Source of the DNA: Octopus vulgaris
Lineage: Eukaryota
DNA: 64,000 bases
NCBI GenBank assembly: GCA_951406725.2
Contig: OX597826.1
Coordinates: 57,102,001 to 57,166,000, forward strand
Direction: 5' to 3'
Numbering within the stretch: position 1 is the stretch's first letter; the number at the start of each line of letters is the position of its first letter. Under the pieces are notes generated by a model. The model was given only the letters and a program-made list of their open reading frames with translations, had not been told where the DNA came from and did not search any database. Below are positions 12,635 through 29,219 of the stretch, one piece after another. Position numbers and translations under genes: made by a program.

Positions 12635-12844
12635 TATATGTGTGTGTATAAATATATATATGTATATATATATACACACATAAACATATAATATGTATAC
12701 ACATACACATATATATACGAATGACAGATACATATACAAATAATTATGTGTGTGTGCATGTGTAGATATGTATATGTGTATGTCAGTGTAGGTATCTATG
12801 TGTATATATATATATATTATATATGTGTATATGTGTGTGTATAA

Positions 12845-12875
<31 letters not shown>

Positions 12876-13135
12876 AACATATGATATGTATACACATACA
12901 CATATATATATATGAATGACAGGTACATATACAAATAATTATGTGTGTGTGCATGTGTAGATATGTATATGTGTATGTCAGTGTAGGTGTCTATGTGTAT
13001 ATATATATATTATATATGTGTATATATGTGTGTGTATAAATATATATATGTATATATATATATATATATACACGCACAAACATATATGTATACACATACA
13101 CACACATATATATATATGAATGAAGATACATATGT
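12521..13135. repeat. Higher-order tandem repeat, 3 copies of about 200-215 bp built from compound microsatellites
   Basis: The anchor aaataattatgtgtgtgtgcatg..gtagatatgtatatgtgtatgtcagtgtaggt recurs at about 12521, 12737 and 12932. Confidence 0.85.
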
Positions 13136-13412
13136 GTGTATGCATGTGTGAGTGTATATATATGTGTTTATGCATATGTGTATGATAAATATTTGTATAT
13201 ACATATGTACATATATATTTGTGTGTGTATAAATATATATATATATATATATATATGTAAATATCTGTGTGTGTTGTGTGTGTATATATATATATATATA
13301 AATACACACACACATATAGATGCATGAGTGTGTGTGTGTATATAAAACATATACACAAATATTAGATATTTCAATATCACTTTCTTCCATTAATTCTTTA
13401 GTGATTCCACCA

Positions 13413-13451
<39 letters not shown>

Positions 13452-13641
13452 TCTTCAAGATCAGTATTATCGATATTGTTGCTGTTGTTGTTGTTGCTGC
13501 TGCTATTATTATTATCGCTTTATCCTCCTAATTTTTCTTTTCTTGGCTCTAAAACTAAAACAAACAGAATAAATGTAAAAAGAAATACAAGCGAAAGGCA
13601 GCAAATGTAGTAACTGATTGATAGTGTGTTTGTGTGTATTT

Positions 13642-13852
<211 letters not shown>

Positions 13853-13974
13853 GTGGTATGTACTGAAGTAACAGCTCTTTAGAGTAGCCACATTGTTGTG
13901 CAATAATAAAAAAACATAACTTTTCAAAAGGAACCTGAGTTGTATACACACACACACGTGTGTGTGTGTCTGTG

Positions 13975-14011
<37 letters not shown>

Positions 14012-14121
14012 AGATATCCATACATATCTATCTTTATATACTTACATATATATATATATATACATGTATGTGTGTGTGTGTATATCTATATCTATATATA
14101 TATATATATGTATACATATGC

Positions 14122-14370
<249 letters not shown>

Positions 14371-14874
14371 GGAAGACAAAGCACACACACATAGAGAGGC
14401 AAATACTTAGAAAGAGAGAGAGTGAGAAAGAGATTAGATATGTAGGCATATAGCAAGATAGATAGTAGGATAGGGAAAAAGAGAGATCTAAATACATAAT
14501 TATATATATAGTTATGTGTATATATGTGTGTGTGTATATATAAATATATATATATATATGTAATAGACAACAAAGATTACATATGTGAATTTGCATGTGT
14601 GTGAAATTTTTTTTTCTATTCCTCCTCACCCATCCCATCCCCACATGAACAAATCCATATTTTGAAATTGAATTCTAACACCCTACATTAAAAAGCAAGA
14701 AAACCAAGATATTTATCTTCAGAAATCTTTAGCATATATCTAAAAGAATTAAATTGAAGCATCCTATGTGTGTATAGTGTGTATACACATAAACATATTT
14801 CTATACACTCATATTGCACATGTATACTTATATAGACATGTATACTTATGTCCATCACATATATACATACATAT

Positions 14875-14925
<51 letters not shown>

Positions 14926-15269
14926 GGCACAAATACATTCATATCAAATATATTTACTTCAGCAGATACATATATTTCATAAACTTAATTCTATACATAC
15001 ATATTTATACACATACGAACACATGTGTATTTTATATAAATACATATACACAGAAAGAAGCATGCATATATATATACATATACAAATATGCACATACATA
15101 CTCATAAACACACAGTAGAAAACACACACACATGCACACAAACACAACCATACAGACACTACATAAAAATAACATTACAAACTTTCTTAAAAAAATAAAC
15201 ACCAAAAACAACTGAGAAAGAAAAAGTTTCATATCAAAATAGACAACGTTCAACTTTAAAATATTGTAC

Positions 15270-15318
<49 letters not shown>

Positions 15319-15507
15319 ACACACATACACACACAGTTACTCAAACTGCCCTTAAAGAAATTGGTAACTGAGAACTTCTCTAATATGTTATTACACATTT
15401 ACTACTAGATTCTTCCTCATTATTTGAAATTCATCCAGACATCTTCAATGTGTGTGGGTGTATAATTGCAGGTATATATGACAATGATTCATAAATGCAG
15501 TTTGTGT

Positions 15508-15539
<32 letters not shown>

Positions 15540-16086
15540 AGGTATGCATATATTTATGTTTTTGTGCTTGACTTCAGTTGCATGTAAGTTTGTGCTTGAG
15601 GAAATATGTTGGTATATTATTTCAAAAATAGGAATTCAAATAAACATGTATGTGCAATACATATGCACAATTACCACAGACATGCATGTATATTGGAACT
15701 GTGTAAGTCAGTACAACATATATATATATATATATGCATGCATGGATGTTTTACCACATACATGGATACATGCATGTATACGTATGCATAAGCTAACCAT
15801 GTAAGTTGGTGCAACCTGTACATGATTGGACCATGAACAACTTAACTGACTAGCTCACTTGGAGAGGATAGTGGTTTTTGGATGCTCTGCAAAATAAAAG
15901 ACAAAACCTGTTAAATGGTGAAGGGACAAACATGTGAATTTAGGATCCATTTTGCAGCACAAAACCTTTTGAGAGCATCTTCTATCATAATCTCAAGTTC
16001 ACCGACGCCTTATGATGGGAATTTATGGTAAAAATATAAAACAAAAGGAAAAAAAAAACATGGGAAAACCTACAGTGTATGTGCAC

Positions 16087-16154
<68 letters not shown>

Positions 16155-16237
16155 CTGTTTCTATGTGGGCAAAAATAGTGGCAGTGCCTATATTTCCTGT
16201 AAACAATACATCTTGGAGCTCAGTGGTTTCAATGTGT

Positions 16238-16495
16238 GATCATCATCATCATCATCATCGTTTTATGTCCGCTTTCCATGCTAGCATGGGTTGGACGATT
16301 TTGACTGAAGGCTGGCAAACCAGATGGCTGCACCAGGCTCCAGTCTTGATCTGGCAGAGTTTCTACAGCTGGATGCCCTTCCTAACGCCAACCACTCCGA
16401 GAGTGTAGTGGCTGCTTTTTACGTGCCACCGGCACAGGGGTCAGTCAGGCGGTACTGACAATAACCTCGCTCGGATCTTTTTACACGTGCCAGTG
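16238..16495 (-). mobile_element. Family B retroposon
   Basis: (atc)n gttttatgtccgctttccatgctagcatgggttggacg...ggatgcccttcctaacgcc. Confidence 0.88.
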
Positions 16496-16879
16496 AAGCG
16501 TGATGACCTTTGAAATATAAAGATGAAAAGCAAACACAGTTTTGTGCAGGAAGGATAGCTTCAATATATTGCATTCAACCCATGGCAACATGGAAAATGG
16601 ATGTAAAAATGATGATGATGATAATGATATATGTATATATATTTTCTATGAGTCAGTCAGGTGTACCTTGAAAGTTGCATCCTGTGACATGAACACAAGT
16701 ATCTTACTAGATTGTGTCCTAATATACTAAAGACAGACCTGAAGAGCCAGCTGTCACAGGCAAATGACTATGGCTTGGCAATATGTACCATGCTTCTGCT
16801 AATTGTTTTAGGTGCCTCTGTGGTGGCAAACAGACATTGTCAACCTCTCAACTCTCCCACCCTTCTACTAAGCTGCACA

Positions 16880-17075
16880 TGTAGGATATGACAGCTAGGA
16901 GAGGATAGGAGAGCTGCACCAATACTTAGCAAGTACTCATTTACAACCAGGCAGGTTGGAGCAACTTGAAATGAAGTGTCTTGCTCAAGGAAGCAGTGAA
17001 CTACCAGTTCAGGAATTGAACCCTGAAGATTATGATGATGAGCTGAACAACTTGGCCAAAGGGCCAGGTGCCTTC
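16880..17075 (-). mobile_element. Old tRNA-derived SINE (CORE/V-like), diverged
   Basis: Minus-strand B box GGTTCAATTCC followed by ccttgagcaagacacttcatttc. Confidence 0.55.
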
Positions 17076-17524
17076 AATAAAGACAGACATAATCATTTGA
17101 GAAAATAAATATCAGAAAGACCACTACATTGATATAATTGACTAAGACTTTTGACTAAAGTACCCTAGCAAAGCTAGTCTAAAGACATTAAAAAATATAT
17201 ACACAAGAAAACACAACCTGTTAAGCTTCTATTCTCTGTAACTGATCACCTTGCTAATGACCAACAAAATCTTTAACTTTACATAGAACAATAAATATTG
17301 ATTCCTTATAAAGGTAGAAAACCAATTATTATACAACAATAATAGTAGTAACAACAGCAGTGTAGTAGTAATAGTGGTATGGTTGATTAAGTCAACCATA
17401 GTATATAACTAGTGTACATTTATGATGAATTTGAACTCAGGATATAACAGGGAGACAAAACAGAATTTCTTAATAGTTTCTTTAAGTATATTTTGAGCCA
17501 AGTCACTCTTTATGCAGTTGAAAG

Positions 17525-17700
17525 ACTAGCTGGAAATAGCAACTAAATTTTCCTCAAATCACACATATAGCCAACTTAAGGAAAGAGCACATTGGTTTAT
17601 GTGGTACATCTGAATAAATGATAGGGGTGGTCCTTGATGGAATGCCTGCGATTGTAGGCATGTCCAGTAAGGCTGACCTTGGGCCAAACAACAATACCAC
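17525..17700 (+). mobile_element. Family E dispersed repeat (old SINE-like 3' part, (AAC)n tail)
   Basis: gaaatagcaactaaat...ctcaaatcacac...ggctgaccttgggccaaacaacaa shared with 40441, 49955 and 56700. Confidence 0.6.
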
Positions 17701-18653
17701 CAACTGTCTTAGACTAATGATTAATACTAAAGTTGCTTCATTAATGTTATTACATGCATGTGGTATTCTCTTCCTAGTATTTATACTCTATACTCCAATA
17801 TTACAAACAGCATACACATGTGTGTATGTGTGTGTGTATGTGTGTGTGTGCGTGTGTGTGTGCGTGTGTGTGTGCATGTGTAAATGTAGAAGCTAAAGTT
17901 ACACTTGCACACTTTTCAAACTATTTGCTCTGAAGTTCATCAAGCAGAAGAATGTAGTACATATGTATGAATATATGCATACATACAGACATATATACCT
18001 AGATACATTACATGCATGCATACATATGTACATACATATGCATACACACCCATATATATATATGTACAAAGTAGCAGTTAACATGGCATTGATGTATTAA
18101 TGCTATCTTATACTTATGACAAGAGGCAATGCTAATTAGTTGACCAACACACATGGAACACACAAATATTTACCCAGAGGCCTGTTTCAAATATTTGACC
18201 AACCACACAATGAATGTAACAAACAATTGTCTATTTTCTTTTCCAGAAAGCAGATAATGCCTTTTGATGACCAGCTTCATATATTTTCTTTCAAACATAG
18301 GAATAATGCTTCCCTAATTGCCTGTTTAACAACCAACCCCAACCAGGTGAGGCATGTGTGTATTTGTGTGTGTGTATGTTTAATTGGTCTTTTTTTGGAA
18401 ACCTGCAATACCAGAATCTGTGTGCAGAAGGCCAGATTTAATAATGTAAATGAAAATATTGTCTTCTTTTAGATTTTATTTGCCTTTTTCTGATTTTTGT
18501 TTCATTTTCGGTTTCTTTTGGAAACACAAACAATAGAAATTAACTATAAATGTGCAAACAAACAAGTTATATATTTACATTAAACAGTGTCATGCTTTTG
18601 AAGCATTTCTTCGCTTGTTATTACATTAAACTTGGTAATTCAATTCCAGTTAA

Positions 18654-18935
<282 letters not shown>

Positions 18936-19574
18936 TGTTTGTTGTTAACTAATTTGCTATTTGCATAACAATACGGCAGTATAGAAGAACTTCAACTTCA
19001 TATTATATGTGTGTATGTGTGTGTGTGTGGTGTGTGCATGCGTGTGTATGTGTGTGTGTCTGTGTGAGTGGTTGGAATATTTGTTATTTGTTTTGTTAGT
19101 TTCAGCTGAGTACTAAACCAGAAATGTTTACATAACTTACACATAACTGTTTAATCAACCAACATTTAGATAATATTTTTTTTTGTTTTAGAATTATAGG
19201 TAAATAAAACAGTTTATTGAATGTAAATAAAAGTATTTCAGTGTTCAGAATAGATTCAAACAATGAAGATGATTTATTATAGCACTTCATGGGGTTAGTT
19301 CTCACTGTGGTACTTTGGTCATGAAGTTAGCATCCACAGTGAAGCTTGGGATGCAAAAGCTAAGCAAACACTATACAGGACTGCTTGCTTTTTTTTCTTC
19401 TTTTTCGTTTTTGAAATAGCAAATTCTAGCTGGGGATTAACATTCCCCAAAAGACACTTTTACTTGCATACTAGACTCTACTCTAAATAGGAGTAAACGG
19501 AGGTTGTTATCTGCTCCGAAACTATTTTCAAAGAAAGTAAAATGAAGGCGACAGCAAAATGAAAGTATGTTGTA

Positions 19575-19710
19575 TATATATGACACAGAAGAAAGCCTGG
19601 TCTCCATGATAGGAAATAAAGTATTGTCTATGTGATGAAAAGAAAAGTATGGCCTATGTAATGAAAGAGATAGCTTGAGCTATATGATAGACAACAAAGC
19701 ATTGTCTCTG
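19575..19710. repeat. Degenerate roughly 25-bp minisatellite, about 5 copies
   Basis: Recurring tatgtgatgaaaagaaaagtattgtc-like unit. Confidence 0.5.
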
Positions 19711-20391
19711 AAGACATTTAAGTTGTTTTTCAACAATTTAGAGCCAAGTTGGCTTTTCAGATTCTAATATTTGTCCAATATTTGCCAGTGATTGTCTTTA
19801 GTAGTGTAAAAACATTTAAGTCAGTGATAACACTGACCTCACTTTCGCAACCTGGTTTCTGACGAAGTGTAAGACATTTAATCAGAGATTAGAAAAAGTA
19901 TCTGTGTGAAGTATGCATGCAGTCAGCCATTGGCCAGCCGTTTCGTAAGATCTTTGAATGTGGGGCCAGTACATAATAATTTTAGATTACACTTTTCTCA
20001 TGTCTCAAAAATAGTAGTATTCATTAAAATAACACCAAAGACACAGGAAACAGATGAGGAGAACATGTAGCAGTATCTATAAAGTTGAAATTAGAAATAC
20101 AGACAAAAACAAAAGTTAAAAGGCAGGTTCTATAAAATGAATAGAGGGAGATACCTTTACTTGACTGATTTGATTGAATACTGAGCAGTGATGTAAAATA
20201 AACATGCCATCGATTACTCTAAGATGAAAGAAACAATAATAAACAAGGAGAGTGACTTAAAATCAAAAACTACAGAACAAAGAGAGATAATACATGTCAG
20301 TCAGCAAAGAGAGGAATAGAAATTTAGCCTAGCCTTTCTTTATGTTGTCATTCTTATTAAAGGGTACCTATATACACAGAGCACCCGTTAC

Positions 20392-20472
20392 CTTTCACTT
20401 CTGAACTTATGGCACACTCGTTACAGATGGATCCCATCACTGTTTGTGAAACTAATGGTCTACAAATGTCAA
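20392..20472 (-). other. Candidate 81-nt symmetric (phase 1-1) exon of an unidentified minus-strand gene
   Basis: ttctaacAG|TTGACATT...GTGAAAG|GTaacg; only one frame is open (DICRPLVSQTVMGSICNECAISSEVK); no recognisable homology. Confidence 0.3.
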
Positions 20473-20821
20473 CTGTTAGAACATCAACAACAACAACATC
20501 ATCACCACTACCATCACCATCGTCATCATCATCATCATCATCATCATTATTATTATTGTTATTGTTATTATGACATTGTATTTCGAGTACTAACATTTAT
20601 CTATTATCCGTTTTGTGGAAACAAATTTTTGGGGAAAGAATATAAACAAAATTTCGTTAAAATATCAAACGAACATAAGGAAGATTTTTGAGCAATAAAA
20701 GGAGAAAAATTATAAATTTAAAATGAAAATACTGACATTTTGATTTTATTTAGAGTTTATTATTAAAAAAAAATATTTCTGTTGTTGTAATTGTTGTTGT
20801 TTTTCTTCTTCTTCTCCTCAT

Positions 20822-20883
<62 letters not shown>

Positions 20884-21467
20884 TTCCAGTAATTTCATTG
20901 TTATTGCATGCTTTCAATGTGTAACTAAGTGCAGCTTCATGTGCCTTGGGTACATACAATATTTTTGTAACATTTTTATATATTTATCTTCTCTATTAAG
21001 ATTAATCTACATAATATGTATGTGCAGTGCCTAGTAGTGCTATTTTTTTTTTGTTTTTTGGGATGTTGTGTATGTGTGTAAGTCCTAAAGGTTTTTTTAG
21101 TTAGATATATTTGTCTGCATCTCTTTATTATCATTCCTAAGGCACTTATAATTATACAGATTGTTTCTGCTTTCAATCCCTCCATTTTGAATATCTCTGG
21201 ATAGTTTCTTAATTTCTTTCAAAGATTTATTGTTATAATATTTGAATATTTTCTTCATTTCTTCCAGAGATATACTGCTGTTGTTATTATTAACTTTCTG
21301 ATGTTAGAGAGCAGCAGAAATTATAGATTAATGGATTAAATGCCTTGAAGCATTATAGCTTATATCCCTCAATATTTGAATAATAAATAAATACCAGTCA
21401 AGTACTAGAGTTGATATAATGACTATAAGTTACTCAAAGATACTAACATTGAACCAGTGTTAGAAAT

Positions 21468-21528
21468 CATTATTATTATTATTATGATTATTATGATTAT
21501 TATGATTATTATTATTTTTATCATGATG

Positions 21529-21579
<51 letters not shown>

Positions 21580-21612
21580 GTTATTATTATTATCATTATT
21601 ATTATTATCATG
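21468..21612. repeat. (ATT)n array
   Basis: Directly visible. Confidence 0.95.
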
Positions 21613-21654
21613 ATAAAACTTGTACAGCTATAGATTACGAAACGACATTCGAAA

Positions 21655-21955
21655 TAAAGCACCATCCGATTGTGGCCATTGCCAGACTCGTCTGGCCCCC
21701 ATGCCGGTGGCACGTAAAAAGCACCATCCGATTGTGGCCGTTTGCCAGCCTTGTCTGGCACCTGTGCAGGTGGCACGTAAAAGGCACCAACTACACCCAT
21801 GAAGTGGTTGGTGTTAGGAAGGGCATCCAGCTGTAGAAACACTGCCAGATCAGACTGGGCCTGGCACAGCCTTCTGGCTTCCCAGACCCCAGTTGCACCG
21901 TCCAACCCATGCTAGCATGGAAAACGGACGTTAAACGATGATGACGATGATGATT
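21655..21955 (+). mobile_element. Family B retroposon with two subrepeats
   Basis: Ends ccaacccatgctagcatggaaaacggacgttaaacgatgatg. Confidence 0.9.
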
Positions 21956-22393
21956 ATCATCATCATCATCATCATCATCATCATTATTATTATCATGATT
22001 ATTATTATTATCATCATCATCATTATTATTATCGTCCTCATCATTATTATTATTATTATTATTGTTATCATGATTATTTATATTATTATTATTATTATTA
22101 TTATTATCATTATTTATTGACTGATTGATTGGCCCTTGTTGCTAATACAAGAAAACCCAAAAGAATCCCTCTCAACACTTGGCTATGATGCTCTCTCACT
22201 ACCCAGAGAAGCACATATCATCAGCCACTAAGGGATATGGTTAAGGTCAAGTTACTGACAAGCAAATCTGTGGTATTGAGCAGAACATTAGCTGTAGCCC
22301 ATCTTTTATACCAAGACAAAATATGCACATAACACTTCCAATGAATTAAAATCAAAAGTCATGGGAGCTACTGTCTGGTATTACATCAAGGCA

Positions 22394-22432
<39 letters not shown>

Positions 22433-22433
22433 G

Positions 22434-22650
22434 CGGTGGTGAGCTGAAAGAAGTATTAGCAAGCTGGGTGAAATGCTATTTCATCTATCTTCATGTTCTG
22501 AGTTCAAATTCTGCCGAGGTTGAAATGCCTTTCAACCTTTCAGGGTCGATGAAATAAGTACCAGTTGAATACTGGGGTTGGTGTAATCAACTGGTACTTA
22601 TCCCCTCCCCTGAAATTGCTGGCCTTGTACCAAAATTTGAAATCATTATT
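22434..22650 (+). mobile_element. Family C SINE
   Basis: gcggtggtgagctg...ttctgagttcaaattctgccgagg...gggtcgatgaaataagtaccagtt. Confidence 0.8.
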
Positions 22651-22889
22651 ACTATTGTCATTATTATTGGTGGTGGTAGAAGTAGTAGTAGTAAATTAGC
22701 AGGAACATTAGGACATTGGACAAAATGTCTTTGTCAGTTCTTGGCTGGTCTTTTATTTTATCAACCTCAGAAGGGTTTGAACAATGAGGGAAGCTAGATT
22801 TGAACTATAAACTACTGTGTTCCTTTCTCAACTTTCTGGCCTTGTGCATGTGTAAGAAAATTATTATTATTATTATTATTATTATTATT

Positions 22890-23170
22890 TGTCCGTTTGC
22901 CAGCCTGGCCTGGCCTCCGTGCTGGTGGCACGTAAAAAACACCATCCGATCGTGGCCATTTGCCAGCCTCGTCTGGCACCTGTGCTGGTGGCACGTAAAA
23001 AGCACCCACTACACTCATGGAGTGGTTGGCGTTAGGAAGGGCATCCAGCCGTAGAAACATTGCCAGATCAGACTGGGCCTGGTGCAGCCTTCTGGCTTCC
23101 CAGACCCCAGTTGCACTGACCAACCCATGCCAGCATGGAAAGCGGGCGCTAAACAATGGTGATGATGATG

Positions 23171-23221
<51 letters not shown>

Positions 23222-23225
23222 GAGG
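22890..23225 (+). mobile_element. Family B retroposon embedded in (ATT)n
   Basis: Same consensus as the other family B copies; (ATT)n on both sides. Confidence 0.9.
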
Positions 23226-23459
23226 TTATTATCTTTGCAGCATGTTAATATAAATGTTAAGAGCTGAACTAAATACTCTTTACAGTACTTAGGTTTGTTC
23301 CTCTAGATTGCAAGTTCAAATCTTCCAGAGTTGACTCTGCCTTTCATCTCTTAAGAACTGATAAAAAAAAAAAGATAAACCAATAAAATGAAGAGAAATA
23401 TTTTTTCAAATCAACTATGTTCCTACTTTAGAAATATGTGATCTTGAATCAATGGAAAT

Positions 23460-23650
<191 letters not shown>

Positions 23651-23708
23651 GGTTAACTCTTTCAAGTACAACTTACTGATCATTACAAATCTGAGGAGCA
23701 TGCAAAGA

Positions 23709-23747
<39 letters not shown>

Positions 23748-24708
23748 CTGAGTGTATTATTCATCAAAGATTTGAAAATCAGCAAATTTTCGACGTGTGT
23801 ATGCAAGGGATAGTGGGGGTGGGGGGTGGAAGACGGGTAAATCAAGAAAATGAAACAAGCAAACGATACAAAAACAATAGAAATGTAGAGCTACATATCC
23901 CATGGAATCCTTTAAATTTTCAACCAATGTAAAGGATGATGGAACCAAACCAAACAAAAAAAAACAACAATAACAAAATCATTGGATTCTGTATTCAGTT
24001 GGGAGAGGGAGAGGGAGAGAAAAGGAGAGAGAAAGCGAAAGTGAAAGTGAGAGACGCGTGTTCCAGTAGACACAGAGCACTACATACCCATATAAAAGAG
24101 ACTCGATAGCAGTTAAATGTACATGCTGGTATGAACAAGGGGTATGGGTATGATATAAACAAACATACATCAAAGTGGAAGCAGACAAGCGGCTGCATCT
24201 GAAGACTGCGGACATCTAAAGACATGCACAAATAGATTACTCATGCAATTTTTAATTGAAATCATTTCAGCTTCAAAGGAATTTCAGCTCATCATGGCAG
24301 ATCGGCATAGATCATTCCTGGAAATGGCTGGAGCTGGAACTATATAACTGCTGCACAGACAGACCCCCTTTAAAAAGATAATCATTCTAATAAACCAGAA
24401 CTAAGAGCATGACAATGTTTTTATTGTTTCAAAGACACTGCCTATGAAAATGATAGCAAAGCAATCTTTTTCCCTGGGATGGGGTGGTGGTGCTGTCATT
24501 TTTTTGTTTTTTACTTTGTTTTAATGTATGTATGTATTTCGCCCCCTCCCCCTATTTCATATCAAATAAATAGATAAATAAATGGAACAAAGAAAACAAT
24601 AACAACAATAACCATAATAATAACTATTATAAATATATATATGTGTGTGTGTGTGTATACATATATATATATATATATACATATATGTATTTATGTATGT
24701 ATGTATCA

Positions 24709-24765
<57 letters not shown>

Positions 24766-25139
24766 AATATAAAGCAAAACATCCCTACATTTTCTACCCC
24801 CTCTTTTTTTTTTTTTTTGTTATGAAGAGGTTTACTTTCTGCTCCTCCTATACTACGTTCATTGCTTTAGCCATCCCTTACATATTTGCCTAGGAAAAAG
24901 CCAAAAATAGCAAAACAAAGGACAAGAAGAAGTAAAACAGGGGCCCTCCAAAAAAGAAAAAAAAAATGAAGGAGTGGATTACCATGTACATTTATGGAAT
25001 AGTCGTCGGACCCACCCGTTCTCCTCTATCTATACTGCCCTGGGAATCTAACAAGATTTATAGTGGATATTTGTCAAGCTAGAACCGGTACCATAAAAGC
25101 TGGAGTAAATTCGAATAACAACTATAAAACAATAAGGAT

Positions 25140-25256
25140 ATAAATAATAATAATAACAACAATAATAATTAATGATAAAAGTAACAATAATAATAATAAA
25201 CATAATTATTATTATTATTAATCATAAACATAATTATTATTATTATTATTATTACT

Positions 25257-25328
<72 letters not shown>

Positions 25329-25530
25329 AATAATAACGATAATAATAATAATAATAATAATAATGATAATAATAATAACAACAGTAATAATAATGATAAT
25401 AATAGTAATAATAATAATAGTGATACAGAGATAAATATAAATAAAAATATGATGATGACGATAACAATAATAGAGACAGTAATGACAAAGACAATAACAA
25501 TAACAAAAAAGATTACAAAAACAACAAACA
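25140..25530. repeat. (AAT)n array with an (ATT)n/(AAT)n inversion point near 25258
   Basis: Directly visible. Confidence 0.9.
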
Positions 25531-26019
25531 GCATTAAAAAAACAATGTTTTTTTAATGATTTCCTCTCCACCCTATCATTTATTTATTTTCCTTTCCTTT
25601 ATTGTATTTTTATGCATCGCTTTTGTTTTATATCAGCAGGGATGGAGGTGTGGCCCAGGCTTTGCTACCACAAGTGGAAATATTCCAGAAGCTTCTTTCA
25701 GAAGAAAATTCTATTTAAATTTTTGAGGGTCAATTGAAAACCATAAACAAAAGGCAAAAATAGAAATTGAAATATAAAAGAATGAAAAAAAAAAAAACAA
25801 AAAAAACAAAATAAAATAAAATAAAAATAAATAAAGAAACAAACGTGTTTTCTGTTTCAATTAAATATTATCCAAGTTAAAAATGGAATATATTAACAAC
25901 AAAACAAAATGAAAATTGATTTATCTTTCGCAAGGAACAGAAAAGGGAGGAGCACATGTGTGTGTATGTGTATCGCTGGCTGATTCAAGGTATTTATTAT
26001 GTATACATAATACATGGGC

Positions 26020-27330
<1,311 letters not shown>

Positions 27331-28875
27331 GTATGTGCGAATATGTATATGCTTGCAACATTTATATTCATAATGCATGTTTGCATCAATCTGCATAAGT
27401 ATGGAGTTTTACATATGTGCATATTGGTATATTTAACTGTATGTACACATGCATTTGTGTATGTATGAGCCTTTAAATATATAAGTATATGCATGTGTGT
27501 ATATATATATATGTATGTATGTGAATGAAAATAATTTTGTTTAAACAATCACAAACATAAATTGCATGCAAGAACTTGGCAGAATTCACATTTATATACT
27601 CCCACACACACACACACACACATGCGCTTGTCCATTTCCTCTATATTTTTCTCATATATACACACTCACATACATATGCTCACACACTCATAAAGAAGAC
27701 AAACACATGCCCATGTGTGTGTGTGTGTGTGTGTGCGTGTGTGTGTGTTTTATGTGCAGGGTTTATAAAGTTGTCCAATTTGATGCAAGTGATATCGAAA
27801 CAAACTGAGATTTACAACTGAAATTATCTACTGAAGAAATTGACAATTACTGTGGAATCGGTAGTTCAGTGGTTGAGGAGGGGGATGAAATGGGGAAAGA
27901 GGGAGAAAGGAGAAGATGGAGAGGAGAAAGGGAGTGATGGAAGTGAAATTGGGAACCATAAACTAACATTAGAATATTTTTAAGAAAGATTGACATATTT
28001 CATGAATAATGGAAAATAATGCAATTTTTCAGTTCCACCATTTATTATTGTAATTCTTTCCAGAAATAGCCTTGCCGGCAGAACTTTTCTTTAAATCTCC
28101 AAAGGTAATTCATCATAATGCTATTATATACAACAGTGCGTGCACACACACACACACAGAGTGCCAGTGTGTATTTGTGCAGATATATATATATATATGT
28201 ATATATATATTATGTCATAACATTATATATATATGCATACATAAAATATATATATTTGTATGAATATACGTATGTATATATACACACATATGCACACACA
28301 CACAGATATATATATATATACAGACATATCGATAAATGCATACATTTACCTCTATGTGTGTGTGTGTGTGTGCACATGAACAGATCATGAATACATAGAT
28401 TAAAGTGCTGGACAAAATCCTATGCCATGTTTATATATACACTCACAAACATATATACACACTCATATGTTAACACTGGTGCAAGCTCAACCCAAGGACT
28501 CATCTCCAACCGCCTGTCAACTGAATGGTTCCTCCTTTTCTAAGGCCGCAGGTTATATATATACTTTGACTTTCACCCCTATTGGTGGTATTCTGCGGAA
28601 CTGCGTTGGACTCACAACCAATGACTTTGAAGAAATTTTTCCTCTGTGTATGCACTCTTTAATGCCCAAGCTTATGGAAAGACTTTTCATTCCAATCCTA
28701 TTTTACCTGGTGGTTCAAGAATTAGGAAAATGTCTTGCACAGTATAACCTGAAACATTTTCTTTTTCACTAGAAATGTGCAGCTATCGCCTTTGTCTCGG
28801 TGAGAAACAGTACATATAATAATTACTGACTATAATTGGTTCCACCAGCATAGCTCATTATTTTCTCCGCATATA

Positions 28876-29219
28876 GGTGTAGGAGTGGCTGTGTGGTAAG
28901 TAGCTTGCTTACCAACCACATGGTTCCGGGTTCAGTCCCACTGCATGGCACCTTGGGCAAGTGTCTTCTACTGTAGCCTCGGGCCGACCAAAGCCTTGTG
29001 AGTGGATTTGGTTGACGGAAACTGAAAGAAGCCTGTCGTATATATGTATATATATGTGTGCGCATATATGTTTGTATGCCTGTGTTTGTCCCCCGCAACA
29101 TCGCTTGACAACTGATTCTGGTGTGTTTACGTCCTCGTAACTTAGCGGTTTGGCAAAAGTGACCGATAGAATAAGTACTAGGCTTACAAAGAAAAAGTCC
29201 TGGGGTCGATTTGCTCGAC
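28876..29219 (+). mobile_element. Family A SINE, 3' truncated
   Basis: Intact A and B boxes; matches 1462-1828. Confidence 0.92.

Noticed and set aside
23813-23840. G-quadruplex-like G runs
   Set aside because: Short isolated G-rich patch with no functional context.
25560-25730. Plus-strand acceptor followed by short open frames
   Set aside because: No donor, no recognisable peptide and all frames end within about 30 codons; indistinguishable from chance.
28422-28772. 116-aa non-repetitive ORF upstream of the copia fossil
   Set aside because: It starts in microsatellite sequence and has no recognisable motif; it may be decayed copia DNA but I cannot show this.
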